Shown piece by piece: positions 37,841 through 48,406 of a stretch of 64,000 bases of DNA (positions are counted from its first letter, which is position 1; every line of letters begins with the position of its first letter). Made by a program: the position numbers and the translations under genes. Location of the stretch: positions 15,941-79,940 of the forward strand of contig CAWEZO010000011.1 in the NCBI GenBank assembly GCA_963813635.1. The letters run 5' to 3'. The notes beneath the pieces are model-generated. The model was not told where the DNA came from. It searched no databases and worked only from the letters and a program-made list of their open reading frames with translations. Source of the DNA: an uncultured Actinomycetes bacterium. GTDB lineage: Bacteria > Actinomycetota > Acidimicrobiia > IMCC26256 > JBBRZM01.

Positions 37841-38623
37841 GTGTCCAAGGCATCGAAGCGCGAGCGTCAGCGCGAGAATCGCGAGCGCCGTCGTGAGATC
37901 GAAATCTCGATGCAGAAGCGCTCGCAGCGGCTCCGGACGCTCCGCAACATCGCGATCGTCGCGGTACCGATCATCGTGCTCGTCGTGGTGCTGCAGCTCA
38001 ACAACAGCAGCGGGAGTAGCAGCAAGAAGGCCGCGCCGAAGTCGAAGGCACCCGCCATGACCATCGACCCGGCCAAGAACTACACCGCGCTGATGAAGAC
38101 GAGCGAGGGCGACATCACGATCGCGCTCGACGCCAAACAGGCGCCGAAAACCGTGAACAGCTTCGTGTACCTGGCCCAGAAGAACTTCTACAACAACACG
38201 TTGTTCCACCGCATCGTCACGGACTACGTCGACCAGGGCGGCGACCCGACGCTCACCGGGAAACGCGGCGCCGGCTACACGCTCCCCGACGAGCCGCCGG
38301 CGACGGCTTACAAGGTGGGCGCGGTCGCAATGGCCAACACCGGGAAGCCCCACACCAGCGGCTCGCAGTTCTTCCTGACCGTCAGCGATGCCGGTGCTGC
38401 GCAACTCAACGCCGCTCCGGTCAAGTACTCGGTTCTCGGCCAGATCACTGCGGGGCTCGACGTCGCGCAGAAGATCAACACGTTCGGCTCGGCAGATCAG
38501 GCCGGCACACCGACAAAGAAGATCTCCGTGCTCAGCGTGACCATCTCGGTCGACGGCCAGCCGCTGCCACCACCGACATCCGCAGCCAAAGCACCTGCGA
38601 CAACCACGACCAAGAAGCCGTAG
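37841..38623 (+). CDS. Membrane-anchored cyclophilin-type peptidyl-prolyl isomerase
   Basis: Start tentatively GTG 37841. Basic N-terminus, [17 protein letters not shown], cyclophilin motifs [15 protein letters not shown] and GSQFFLT. Confidence 0.8.
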   Translation: MSKASKRERQRENRERRREIEISMQKRSQRLRTLRNIAIVAVPIIVLVVVLQLNNSSGSSSKKAAPKSKAPAMTIDPAKNYTALMKTSEGDITIALDAKQAPKTVNSFVYLAQKNFYNNTLFHRIVTDYVDQGGDPTLTGKRGAGYTLPDEPPATAYKVGAVAMANTGKPHTSGSQFFLTVSDAGAAQLNAAPVKYSVLGQITAGLDVAQKINTFGSADQAGTPTKKISVLSVTISVDGQPLPPPTSAAKAPATTTTKKP

Positions 38624-38626
38624 CGC

Positions 38627-39331
38627 TCAGACGTTCAGCAGGTCGACCGCCGCGCCGGCGTCGAAGACGGCGGCCTCGCGCGCTTCGTACACGGTCACAT
38701 GGCCGTGCCCGCCGACACGCCACGCGCCGTCGGGATCGCGGATCAACGCGGTCTGCTCATCGACACCCACGAGCCGGGCGGTCGCCGGCAGCAAGTCGAT
38801 CGACCGCTCACGGAGGTGCGTGGCGGCGGTGCCGTGGTACGGGAACACCGCCAAGTCGCGGACCAGCCCGAGCCCGACGGTGTACGCGCCGCCGCGTGGG
38901 TCGACCATCGGGTCACAGAGCACCGTCGCACCTGCGCCCGAAGCGGCCACGACCGCACCACCGCTGTACGCGTCCACCAGTGCCGCGAAGACCGCGGAGT
39001 CCTTGAGCACCGAGCGCAGGTGCATCGGCGATCCGTCGGCGAGGTAGATGAAGCCGGCCGTGGCCACGATGGCGGCAAGCGTCTTGTCCTCGGCTTCGGC
39101 GCGGTGCAGCACCATCAGCGGCACGACGGTCGCACCAAGCTCGTCGAAGTACGCCTCGGCTCGCTTGATGACCCGGTCCGGTTGCTCGTACGCCGCGGCG
39201 CTCGGCAGGACGACAACCTCCCGACCGCCGATCTCGAGGAGCTCGGCGTCGAAGGAACGGCATCCGTCGCGCCATTCGCCGCCACCGATCAGTACCAACG
39301 TGCCGTCCGGGCGCTTCGAGCTCACGTGCAC
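38627..39331 (-). CDS. Peptidase S51 / class-I glutamine-amidotransferase-like protein (cyanophycinase/dipeptidase E family)
   Basis: 234-aa ORF. LVLIGGGEW..., FIYLADGSPMHL, VAASGAGATVL fit the S51 pattern with a Ser nucleophile elbow. Confidence 0.55.
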   Translation of the reverse strand: MHVSSKRPDGTLVLIGGGEWRDGCRSFDAELLEIGGREVVVLPSAAAYEQPDRVIKRAEAYFDELGATVVPLMVLHRAEAEDKTLAAIVATAGFIYLADGSPMHLRSVLKDSAVFAALVDAYSGGAVVAASGAGATVLCDPMVDPRGGAYTVGLGLVRDLAVFPYHGTAATHLRERSIDLLPATARLVGVDEQTALIRDPDGAWRVGGHGHVTVYEAREAAVFDAGAAVDLLNV

Positions 39332-39442
39332 ACCTCCAAGGGCGGCGAGCCTAACGCCGTGCCCGCACAGCTCGGACGGCTGGAGTCAACGACTTACTCG
39401 GCGGTAACCTCTGTGCCTCGTTCCTCCACGAAGGGCTCGCAC

Positions 39443-40300
39443 ATGACCATCAAGCGCGTAGGCGTCGTCGGCACCGGCATCATGGGCGCGGGGATCGCGG
39501 AGGTCGCGGCCAAGGCGGGCTTCGAGGTGCTGCTCCGGAGCCGCGCGCAGGCAAGCGCCGACGCGACGCTCGCAGGGCTCGAGAAGTCACTCGCGAAGCA
39601 GGTCGACAAAGGCAAGCTCGAGGCCGCCGATCGCGATGCGACCCTCTCCCGCGTGCGAACCGTCACCGATCTCGCGGAGCTCGCCAAGTGTCAGCTCGTG
39701 ATCGAGTCGATCGTCGAGGACCTGGCCATGAAGAAGCACCTCTTCAGCGAGCTCGATCGCATCTGCGGTGACGCGGCAATCCTCGCCACCAACACGTCGA
39801 CGCTGCCAATCGTCGAGATGGCGATGGAGACGGGACGGCCGGACCGGGTATGCGGCATCCACTTCTTCAACCCGGCGCCGATGATGCAGCTCGTCGAAGT
39901 CGTGCGCGCGATCACCACATCCGACGCCACTGCCGATGCGGCACGAGCGTTCGCCGAAGCGTGTGGCAAGAGCCCGGTGATGGTCAAGGACCAAGCGGGC
40001 TTCATCGTGAACGCGCTGCTGTTCCCGTATCTCAACAATGCCGTGAGGCTGTTCGACGCCGGCGTCGCGACCCGCGACGACATCGACGCGGCGATGCGGG
40101 ACGGCTGCAGCTTCCCCATGGGTCCGTTGCAGTTGCTCGACCTCGTCGGGCTCGACACGAGCCTGGCGATTCTCGACGCGCTCTACGCGGAGTTCAGCGA
40201 CCCGAACTTTGCGCCCGCACCGCTGTTGCGTCGCATGGTCACCGCCGAGCAACTCGGGCGAAAGACCGGTCAGGGCTTCTACGACTACCGCAAGAAGTAA
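39443..40300 (+). CDS. hbd: 3-hydroxybutyryl-CoA (3-hydroxyacyl-CoA) dehydrogenase
   Basis: Start set to ATG 39443. Rossmann motif VGVVGTGIMGAGIA. Also HFFNPAPMMQLVE and GFIVNALLFPYLN. Confidence 0.9.
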   Translation: MTIKRVGVVGTGIMGAGIAEVAAKAGFEVLLRSRAQASADATLAGLEKSLAKQVDKGKLEAADRDATLSRVRTVTDLAELAKCQLVIESIVEDLAMKKHLFSELDRICGDAAILATNTSTLPIVEMAMETGRPDRVCGIHFFNPAPMMQLVEVVRAITTSDATADAARAFAEACGKSPVMVKDQAGFIVNALLFPYLNNAVRLFDAGVATRDDIDAAMRDGCSFPMGPLQLLDLVGLDTSLAILDALYAEFSDPNFAPAPLLRRMVTAEQLGRKTGQGFYDYRKK

Positions 40301-40386
40301 CGCGCACCGATGACGGTCGCGCGCCGTCGGCTTCGCGGCAGTTGCACCGTCCGGTCAGACCCTGGTCGCTGTGGGAGAATGCGGGC

Positions 40387-42390
40387 ATGACAGAGGCTGA
40401 CCGCCCCTGGTTGATGCGCACGTATTCCGGGCATTCGTCGGCGCGGGCTTCCAACGAGCTGTACCGCACCAACTTGACGCGCGGCCAAACCGGCCTGTCG
40501 GTCGCGTTCGACCTCCCGACCCAGACCGGCTACGACCCTGATCATCCGCTCGCCCGCGGCGAGGTGGGCAAGGTCGGCGTACCCGTGCCGCACCTCGGCG
40601 AGATGGCCACGCTGTTCGACGCGATCCCGCTCGAAGAGATGAACACCTCGATGACGATCAACGCCACCGCCATGTGGCTCCTCGGCATGTACGTCGCGCT
40701 CGCAGAGCAGCGTGGTATCGACCCGGCACTCCTGCAAGGCACCACCCAGAACGACATCGTCAAGGAATACCTGTCACGCGGCACCTACATCTTCGGCCCC
40801 GACGCGTCGAGACGTCTCACTGTGGACCTCATCTGCCACACGGTGAAGCACGTGCCGAAGTGGAACCCGATCAACGTGTGCTCGTACCACCTTCAGGAGG
40901 CGGGCGCGACGCCTGTTCAGGAGATCGCCTACGCGCTCGCGACCGCGCTCGGTGTGCTCGACGCCGTCCGTGAATCAGGCCAGGTGGCCGACGCCGACCT
41001 TCCCGCCGTGGTCGGTCGCATGTCGTTCTTCGTCAACGCGGGCATCCGCTTCGTCGAGGAGACCTGCAAGATGCGCGCGATGAGCCGGCTGTGGGACCGG
41101 CTGACGCGAGAACGCTACGGCGTGACCGACGAGAGGATGCGCCGCTTCCGGTACGGGGTGCAGGTCAACTCGCTCGGCCTCACCGAATCCCAGCCCGAGA
41201 ACAACGTGCAGCGCATTGTGCTCGAGACGCTCGGCGTGACCCTCTCGAAGGACGCCCGCGCCCGGGCCGTGCAACTCCCCGCTTGGAACGAGGCGCTCGG
41301 TCTGCCGCGGCCATGGGATCAGCAGTGGTCGCTTCGGATCCAGCAGGTCCTCGCATACGAGACCGACCTGCTCGAGTACGAGGACCTGTTCGAGGGCTCG
41401 AAGGTGATCGAGGCCAAGACGACCGAGCTCGCCGATGCGGCCGACGCCGAGCTGGCGTGGGTGCTCGAAGGCGGCGGCGCGTTCGCCATGATCGACGAGC
41501 TCAAAGGTCGACTCGTGCAGAGCAACGCGCAGCGCGTGCGCAAGATCGAGAGCGGTGAGCTCGAGGTCGTCGGCGTCAACTGCTTCACCGAGACCGCAGC
41601 GTCGCCGCTCGTCGAGGCGCTCGAGGGAGAAGCGTCGATCCTCGTCGCCGACCCGGCGGCCGAGTCCGATCAACTCGAGTCATTGCGCCGTTGGCGCGAA
41701 CAGCGTGACGACGCCGCAGCCCGCGCCGCACTCGATCGGCTGCGCGCCACCGCCGCCTCGACTGACAACCTCATGCCCGCCACGGTCACGTTGGCCCGCG
41801 CCGGCGGCACCGTCGGCGAATGGGCCGGGGCGCTGCGCGAGGTATTCGGCGAGTACCGCGCTCCCACCGGCGTCGGCGCGGTCGCGACCGCGCCGCTGGC
41901 CGACATGGTCGCGGTGCGCGAGCGCGTGCAGCAGGCGGCCAGGGAGCTGGGCGGTCCCATCCGGATGCTGGTGGGCAAACCGGGCCTCGACGGGCATTCC
42001 AACGGCGCGGAGCAGATCGCAGTTGCAGCACGCGATGTGGGAATCGAAGTCGTCTATCAGGGCATCCGGTTGACGCCGGCGGAGATCGCCGCTGCCGCCC
42101 GCGATGAGGACGTCGACGTCGTGGGGCTGTCGATTCTCTCGGGTTCGCACATGGAGCTGGTGCCGGAGATCGCGCGACTCTTGCGCGATGCCGGTGTCGA
42201 CGCGCCGTTAGTGGTCGGTGGGATCATCCCCGAAGGCGACCAGGCGAACCTGCTCGATGCGGGTGTGGCGCGCATCTACACACCCAAGGACTTTCGCCTG
42301 TCACAGATCGTCGCCGAGGTTGCCGACATCGCCATCGAGCAGCGGCGGGGCCGCGCGCCCATCGGCGCGCGCGCCGGAAGCTCGTCATGA
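40387..42390 (+). CDS. meaA: B12-dependent acyl-CoA mutase, MeaA/ethylmalonyl-CoA mutase type (catalytic and B12-binding domains fused)
   Basis: Start set to ATG 40387, with GGGAGAA upstream. RTYSGHSSARASNELYRTNLTRGQTGLSVAFDLPTQTGYD, EVGKVGVPV. C-terminal B12 motif GLDGHSNGAEQIA. ccr and an epimerase lie nearby. Confidence 0.75.
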   Translation: MTEADRPWLMRTYSGHSSARASNELYRTNLTRGQTGLSVAFDLPTQTGYDPDHPLARGEVGKVGVPVPHLGEMATLFDAIPLEEMNTSMTINATAMWLLGMYVALAEQRGIDPALLQGTTQNDIVKEYLSRGTYIFGPDASRRLTVDLICHTVKHVPKWNPINVCSYHLQEAGATPVQEIAYALATALGVLDAVRESGQVADADLPAVVGRMSFFVNAGIRFVEETCKMRAMSRLWDRLTRERYGVTDERMRRFRYGVQVNSLGLTESQPENNVQRIVLETLGVTLSKDARARAVQLPAWNEALGLPRPWDQQWSLRIQQVLAYETDLLEYEDLFEGSKVIEAKTTELADAADAELAWVLEGGGAFAMIDELKGRLVQSNAQRVRKIESGELEVVGVNCFTETAASPLVEALEGEASILVADPAAESDQLESLRRWREQRDDAAARAALDRLRATAASTDNLMPATVTLARAGGTVGEWAGALREVFGEYRAPTGVGAVATAPLADMVAVRERVQQAARELGGPIRMLVGKPGLDGHSNGAEQIAVAARDVGIEVVYQGIRLTPAEIAAAARDEDVDVVGLSILSGSHMELVPEIARLLRDAGVDAPLVVGGIIPEGDQANLLDAGVARIYTPKDFRLSQIVAEVADIAIEQRRGRAPIGARAGSSS

Positions 42391-43097
42391 GCTTGACGCC
42401 GCTCGGTTTCACGTTCGGCATCCTGCTCGTCGTCTTCTGCAGCTTGGCGGTGCTCGTCGTCTGGCTGATCGATACGCGCCGCAGCCTGTCGGACGCATCG
42501 GAGAAGCTCCGTCATCGGCAGCGGGAGCTCGACACGCTTGCCGGCATGTTCGCCGAAGACGCGGCCCGCTCGACAGCGCCCCCTGCACTCGACGAAACCG
42601 AGGGCGAAGAGGCTCTCGACGGCAAGGCGCGGCTCGACGCCACGTCCGGCCTGCTGCTCGAGCCGTTCCTCGAGGTGGTATTGGATCAGAAGGTGGCGGT
42701 GGCGCGCCGCAAGCTCCTCCCCGTCTCGCTCGCCTTGTTCGAGCTCGACGGTCTCGCCGCTGCCGACGCCGAGACGCGAGAGCAGGCAATGGGTGTGCTC
42801 GGCGAGGTCGTCCGGCGCACGATGCGCGAGTGCGACGCCGCCTGCCGGCTGACCGACGTGCGGGTCGCGGTGATCTTCGACGACACGACGGAGTCCGGAG
42901 CGGTCTGGGCCGCAGAGCGTATGCGGGCGCGTTTGTGGAACAGCCCGGTCGGCAATGCACTCACGGTCTCCGCCGGCATCGCGAGCTATCCCACGCACGC
43001 CCTCGATGCCGACGCGCTCGGGGCGCGTGCCGCTGAAGCGCTCGAGAGCGCACAGGCGCAGGGATGCGACCGGGTTGAGGTCGCGCGAAGCGATTGA
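42387..43097 (+). CDS. Membrane-anchored degenerate GGDEF-domain protein
   Basis: ATG 42387 overlaps the meaA stop (ATGA). N-terminal TM. The GGDEF fold is recognisable (DATSGLL, VSLALFELDGL, TVSAGIASYP), but the GG(D/E)EF position reads RLTDVRVAVIF. Confidence 0.65.
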   Translation: MSLTPLGFTFGILLVVFCSLAVLVVWLIDTRRSLSDASEKLRHRQRELDTLAGMFAEDAARSTAPPALDETEGEEALDGKARLDATSGLLLEPFLEVVLDQKVAVARRKLLPVSLALFELDGLAAADAETREQAMGVLGEVVRRTMRECDAACRLTDVRVAVIFDDTTESGAVWAAERMRARLWNSPVGNALTVSAGIASYPTHALDADALGARAAEALESAQAQGCDRVEVARSD

Positions 43098-43109
43098 CGC
43101 CGGCGCCGG

Positions 43110-44925
43110 CTAACGGCGGTAGAAGGCTTCGATCTCGGCGGCGTACTTCTGGTGGATACCTCGCCGCTTCAGCTTCATCGTCGGGGTGAGCTCCTCGGAG
43201 TCGGGTAGCCACTCCACGCCGAGCAACAGGAACTTCTTGACCCGCTCGACCTGCGAGAACCGCTCGTTGGCCGCGGCAACGTTGCGTTCGACGTCGGCGC
43301 GCACTTCGGGGTGCGCCGCGAGGTCTTCGAGCGAGTCGGCCACGATCCCGTGTTGCTTCGCCCAGGCCGGCGCAACTTCCGGGTCGAGAACGATCAGCGC
43401 GGAGATGAACGGCCGGTTGTCGCCGATGACGCAGACCTGGCCGATGACCGGGAACGACTTCAGCGCCGCCTCGAGGTTGGCCGGCGAGATGTTCTTGCCG
43501 CCGGCGGTGATGATGAGCTCCTTCTTGCGGTCCACGATCCTGAGGTAGCCGTCCGCGTCGAACGTGCCGACGTCGCCGCTGTGCAACCAGCCGTCATCGT
43601 CGAGCGCCTCGGCGGTCTTCTCCGGATCCTTGAGGTACCCGCGATACACGTTGCCGCCGCGGCAGATGACCTCACCATCGTCCGCGAGCGTGACTTCGCA
43701 GCCGGGGATCGCCGGGCCGACCGTGCCGGGCTTGACCGCGAATGGCGCCCAGGTCATCGGTCCCGACGATTCCGACAGGCCGTAGATCTCGGAGAGCGGC
43801 ACGCGCAGTGACCGGAAGAACTGCAGGATGTCAATCGGGATCGGCGCGGCCCCGGTGACCGCCGCGACCAATTGATCGAGGCCGAGCACGGCGCGCAACG
43901 GTGAGAGCACTTGCGCATCGGCTTTGGCGAAGGCGGCTTGCAGCTTCGACGGCAACTCCTCGCCGCGGGCGTCGTGCTCCGCGGCCTGGCGTCCCACCTC
44001 GAGCGCCGCGTCGAGCTTCTTCTGGTTCGCGGGATCGGCGGCCGCGATCGCTTGGATGCCGGCGTAGATCTTCTCCCAGATCGCGCGGCACCGCGAACAT
44101 CACCTCGGGCCGCACACTCGGCAGGTACGTGGCGACTTTCCCTGCCTCCGGACACGTCGTCACCTCGTAGCCGAGCGCGGCGCCCTGGTAGTGCGACGTC
44201 ATACGCTCGGCGATGTGCGCCATCGGCAGGTACGACACGACGCGGCGTCCCTCGGTCGAGAACTCGTCAAGGCTCAGCCGGAGGCTCTCGACCGTCCAGC
44301 AAACATTTTCGTGATCGAGCATGACGCCCTTGGGCGGACCGGTCGTGCCCGATGTGTAGATGACCGTCGCCAGATCGCTCGGCTGCACGATCTGCGCGGC
44401 AACATCGAGGTCGACCGGATCGGACGCGAGCAGCGACTCCCACCGGTGCACGCCCTCCGGTGCACGCGCTTCGGGGTCGTCGATCACGACGATCTCGCGC
44501 AATGCGGGGAGCTCGCCGCGCACCTTGAGGATGCGATCGAGGAAGTCGAGATCTTCGACGATCGCGACTTGGGCCTCGCAGTGGTGCGCCAGGTATTGCA
44601 CCTGCTCAGGCGCCGAGGAGTTGTAGATGGAGATCGGCGTACCGCCGCACAACAACACCGCCATGTCGGCGATGTGGAACTCAGGTCGGTTGCGCATCAT
44701 GAGCACGACCCGGGTGCCGCGCTCCACGCCCAACGCCCCCAGGCCCGCGGCGACATGCGCCGCACGTTCGGCGTAGTCGGCGAAGGTCAGCTCGCCCCAG
44801 CCATCGCCCTCTCTCCACCGGAGGGCGACCTGGCCGGGGATGCGTCGAACCGTGTCCAGAAAGCGCGTCGGCACGGTCTGGCCGGCCACCATCTTCGAGA
44901 CTTCCTCGTTGCTGATCAACGGCAT
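43110..44925 (-). CDS. fadD: Long-chain acyl-CoA synthetase (AMP-binding family); apparent frameshift near 44078-44082
   Basis: Start set to ATG 44925, 8 nt after GGAGGAG. Motifs YTSGTTGPPKG and GYLRIVDRKKELIITAGGKNISP. The N-terminal part (ORF 43831..44946) ends at ...MFAVPR and continues as IWEKIYAGIQAIAAADP in the frame of ORF 43110..43997. One extra G explains the switch. Confidence 0.85.
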
Positions 44926-45070
44926 GGGCCTGCTCCTCCGTGGCACGTCCGCGGGAGCCTCATTAGTAGCGCATCACCACGCACTTTGCGCCCTTGACAT
45001 TGGCGAGCAGAGCCTTCCTCCACAGGGGGTCTGGAAAACCTGTGGGAAATGGTGGATACTGCAGGCAGTC

Positions 45071-45138
45071 CGTCCCGAGGAGACCGTTGGGGCCCCCGGC
45101 GCTTGCCGGGTCTCTACTCCGGAAGTCTCCTCGGGACG
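45071..45138 (-). terminator. Long hairpin downstream of the metallophosphoesterase gene
   Basis: CGTCCCGAGGAGAC (45071-45084) and GTCTCCTCGGGACG (45125-45138) are perfect 14-bp complements. The 40-nt spacer contains the sub-hairpin CCGGC-GCTT-GCCGG. Confidence 0.45.
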
Positions 45139-45189
45139 GGTCGCGTCCGGCGCCGGCGGCTCGCGCGGCGCTGCCGCACGAGCAGCCCG

Positions 45190-46305
45190 TCAGAACGACT
45201 GCGTGAAGCAGCGATCGCCGAGCGACCCGAGCGCGTAGTCGCGGTAGAGACCGTCGAACATGCCCCGGGTCTTCTCGGTCCACGCGAGCGCACGCACGTC
45301 GGCGATGCGGCGCACGACCTGGGTGTAGCCCGACTCGTAGATGTTGTACTCGGCCCACGTGCCCGGGTAGTCCTTCACGCACGCGACCTCGCCGATCGGC
45401 ACGTCGCGCGCGACGCCGAACCGCCGCACCCGGTTGCGATGGGTGTGGCCCGCGAAATACCCGGCGATCGCCTCACGGCGTGTGATCAACGCAATGAGCG
45501 CGTCGCTGTCGTCGGGGTTGATCCCGAAATAGGTGGCCGAGCGCGTCGGGCTCGTGGGGTTCCACGGATGATGGTGACCGAAGACGAGAACGGGCTGCGT
45601 GGTCTCGGCGGCAAGGTCATCGAGCCACACGAGCTGTTGGGCGCTGATCGCACCCCGGTCGACGCCGGGCACAACGGTGTCGATCACGGCGAGGGTCACA
45701 CCGCCGAGATGGATCGCGTACGGCGCTTCGCTGGACGCGATCGTCTGCGTGATCATGGCGTCGTGGTTACCTCGGACATGGCGCATTCGAGGGCCCAGTG
45801 TCTCGTACGCATCCAGAAACGCCGCGTACTCGGCTTCGGTGCCGAGGTTGGTGAGGTCGCCTTTGACGACGATTGCATCGGGATCCAGCGTCTGGATCTC
45901 GGCGATGGCCGCGCGGTTCATCAGCTCGGGGTACGGCGTCGCGCCCGGCTCGGAGCGGAACACGGGGCCGATCTCGCCCGGGTGGCCCATCAGCCCGCAC
46001 TGCGTCTCGCCGAAGTGCACGTCGTTGGCGGTCGCGACCGTCGCGAGGTGCCGGCCGGCCGGCCGGGCCAGCGTCGTGACGTGAGCCGGAAGCCATTCCT
46101 CGGGCGGCACGGAGCCGTCGACCTCGAGCCGGTACGTCGTCGCCGGTTCGAGCCCGGTGATTCGCGCCGAGTGGTACTGCCCTGTGGTCGTGACCTCGTG
46201 ATCGCCCAGGCTGATGCTGATCGTCGTGTCGGCCTCGGTCGAGCAGGTGACCACGACCTCGTCGAAGCCGACGGTCATCAGCTCCGCGTTGGAGATGTCA
46301 GGCAC
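45190..46305 (-). CDS. Calcineurin-like metallophosphoesterase with N-terminal purple-acid-phosphatase-like domain
   Basis: 371-aa ORF (GTG 46305, alternative ATG 46278). Motifs ANDVHFG, GDLTNLG, GNHD, GHHHP, GHTH. Confidence 0.8.
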   Translation of the reverse strand: MPDISNAELMTVGFDEVVVTCSTEADTTISISLGDHEVTTTGQYHSARITGLEPATTYRLEVDGSVPPEEWLPAHVTTLARPAGRHLATVATANDVHFGETQCGLMGHPGEIGPVFRSEPGATPYPELMNRAAIAEIQTLDPDAIVVKGDLTNLGTEAEYAAFLDAYETLGPRMRHVRGNHDAMITQTIASSEAPYAIHLGGVTLAVIDTVVPGVDRGAISAQQLVWLDDLAAETTQPVLVFGHHHPWNPTSPTRSATYFGINPDDSDALIALITRREAIAGYFAGHTHRNRVRRFGVARDVPIGEVACVKDYPGTWAEYNIYESGYTQVVRRIADVRALAWTEKTRGMFDGLYRDYALGSLGDRCFTQSF

Positions 46306-46543
46306 GAGACCTTCGTCCGACGCGGCCCGAAAGGCGCCATGGACCGCGCATCAGGCCGGTGCGGCGCGCCCGCAGGCGAGAGGCACGTACCCATTCGGAG
46401 AGCTCGCCGGAGGCGTTGACGCGGGCAGCGCTTGCGGCGGCCTGACGCTCCGCGAGCACCGCCGCGACGGCGGCCGTGATCGCCGCGACCTCTTCGGGGG
46501 TGGCGTCGGGAGACACGATCTGCAGCGGAGGTTGCGCAGCCAT
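46298..46543 (-). CDS. Acyl-CoA carboxylase epsilon subunit
   Basis: Start set to ATG 46543, 5 nt after the pccB stop. MAAQPPLQIVSPDATPEEVAAITAAVAAVLAE...SEWVRASRLR. Typical size and position directly after the beta subunit. Confidence 0.65.
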   Translation of the reverse strand: MAAQPPLQIVSPDATPEEVAAITAAVAAVLAERQAAASAARVNASGELSEWVRASRLRARRTGLMRGPWRLSGRVGRRSRA

Positions 46544-46548
46544 GATCG

Positions 46549-48195
46549 TCAGAGCGGCACGTTGCCATGCTTGCGTTGGGGCAACTTCTCTTTCTTCGTA
46601 TGCAGCATCGCGAGCGCGTGCGCGAGCACGCGACGGGTGTCGCGCGGGTCGATGACGTCGTCGACGTATCCGCGCTCGGCTGCGCGGTATGGGTTCGCGA
46701 ATCGCTCGGTGTACTCCTCGATCAGCTCTGCGTGACGAACGTCCGAGTCGGTCGCGGCTTCGAGCTCCCTCCGGAAGATGATGTTGACCGCGCCCTCCGG
46801 ACCCATGACGGCGATCTCCGCCGACGGCCACGCGAACGCGAGATCGGCGCCAATCGATTTCGAGTTCATCACGACGTACGCCCCGCCGTAGCCCTTGCGC
46901 GTGATGATCTGCACCCGGGGCACCGTCGATTCGCAATACGCGTACAGCAGCTTGGCGCCGTGACGAATGATGCCCCCGTACTCCTGGTCGGTGCCGGGAA
47001 GGAACCCGGGCACGTCGACAAAGGTCACGAGTGGAATGTTGAACGCGTCGCAGGTGCGCACGAAACGCGCCGCCTTTTCCGACGCTTCGATGTCGAGACA
47101 GCCCGCGAGCACCTGGGGCTGGTTGCCGACGATGCCGACGGCATGACCGTCGATGCGCGCCAACCCACACACGATGTTGAGCGCCCAGAAGGGATGCACT
47201 TCGAAGAAATCGCCGTCGTCGACGACCTGCGCAATGAGTTGCTTCATGTCGTAGGGCTTGTTGGGTGCGTCGGGGATCAGATTCACGATGTCGTCGCAAC
47301 GCCGGTCGGGATCGTCGTCAGGTTCGAAGTGGGGCGGGTCCTCGAGATTGTTGGACGGAAGAAACGAGAGGAGGTAGCGCACCTGCTCGAGGCAGCTCTC
47401 CTCGTCGGGTGCGACGAAAGTGGCCACCCCCGACTTGGATCCGTGCGTCATCGCGCCGCCGAGCTCCTCTTGGGTGACGTCTTCGCCGGTGACGGCTCGC
47501 ACGACGTCGGGTCCGGTGATGAACATGTGCGACGTGCCTTTCACCATGAAGACGAAATCGGTCATCGCCGGCGAGTACACCGCGCCGCCGGCGCACGGGC
47601 CCATGATCACGCTGATCTGCGGCACGACGCCCGACGCCTTCACGTTGCGGAGAAAGATGCCGCCATAGCTCGCGAGCGAGACCACGCCCTCCTGGATGCG
47701 CGCGCCTGCGCCGTCGTTGATGCCGATGAACGGCGCGCCGACCGACTCCGCGAGGTCCATCACCTTGTGGATCTTCTCGGCGAAGACCTCGCCGAGCGCG
47801 CCGCCGAAGACGGTGAAGTCCTGTGAGAAGACGCAGACCTTCCGCCCGTCGATCGTGCCCCAGCCGGTCACCACGCCATCGGTGAGGGGACGGGTCTTCT
47901 CGATGCCGAAACCGTGCGCCCGATGACGCGCCAGCATGTCGAGCTCGACGAACGAGCCGGGATCGAGCAACTTCTCGAGTCGCTCCCGCGCGGTGAGCTT
48001 GCCTCGCGCGTGCTGGCGCTGGACGGCCTTGTCGCTGCCTGCGTGCAACGCCTGCTCGCGTAGCTCGCCGAGCTGGTCGAGCCGCTCTTCGATGGGATGC
48101 GCGACCTGCACGACCGGCGCCGACGCGCCTCCCTCACCCTGAACGTCTGGTTCCTCGACTGCCACGAAGGAGAAGGGTAGCGGTGCGATCCGCAC
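46549..48195 (-). CDS. pccB: Propionyl/acyl-CoA carboxylase carboxyltransferase (beta) subunit
   Basis: 548-aa [34 protein letters not shown]. Start uncertain (48195 or GTG 48162). Confidence 0.9.
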   Translation of the reverse strand: MRIAPLPFSFVAVEEPDVQGEGGASAPVVQVAHPIEERLDQLGELREQALHAGSDKAVQRQHARGKLTARERLEKLLDPGSFVELDMLARHRAHGFGIEKTRPLTDGVVTGWGTIDGRKVCVFSQDFTVFGGALGEVFAEKIHKVMDLAESVGAPFIGINDGAGARIQEGVVSLASYGGIFLRNVKASGVVPQISVIMGPCAGGAVYSPAMTDFVFMVKGTSHMFITGPDVVRAVTGEDVTQEELGGAMTHGSKSGVATFVAPDEESCLEQVRYLLSFLPSNNLEDPPHFEPDDDPDRRCDDIVNLIPDAPNKPYDMKQLIAQVVDDGDFFEVHPFWALNIVCGLARIDGHAVGIVGNQPQVLAGCLDIEASEKAARFVRTCDAFNIPLVTFVDVPGFLPGTDQEYGGIIRHGAKLLYAYCESTVPRVQIITRKGYGGAYVVMNSKSIGADLAFAWPSAEIAVMGPEGAVNIIFRRELEAATDSDVRHAELIEEYTERFANPYRAAERGYVDDVIDPRDTRRVLAHALAMLHTKKEKLPQRKHGNVPL

Positions 48196-48365
48196 GCGCC
48201 CCGCCGCGCCGGGCCCAGAAGAGGCCTCGCCGCGGTCGCCGCGCGTGAGTGCCGGTGGCCTGGGCCACCGCCACTCTGCGTGTTCCTCGTTTCATCGCCC
48301 GAGATCAGTGAGCTCCGGCACCGACTATTTCAGCGGCTGCCTGCGCGATGGCGCCCCATTCAGCC

Positions 48366-48406
48366 CAGGGCGCGAGCCGCGGTCGGAGCCGGGCACTCGC
48401 GCCCTG
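48366..48406 (-). terminator. Hairpin immediately after the epimerase stop
   Basis: CAGGGCGCGAG (48366-48376) and CTCGCGCCCTG (48396-48406) form an 11-bp perfect stem with a 19-nt loop. Confidence 0.5.
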
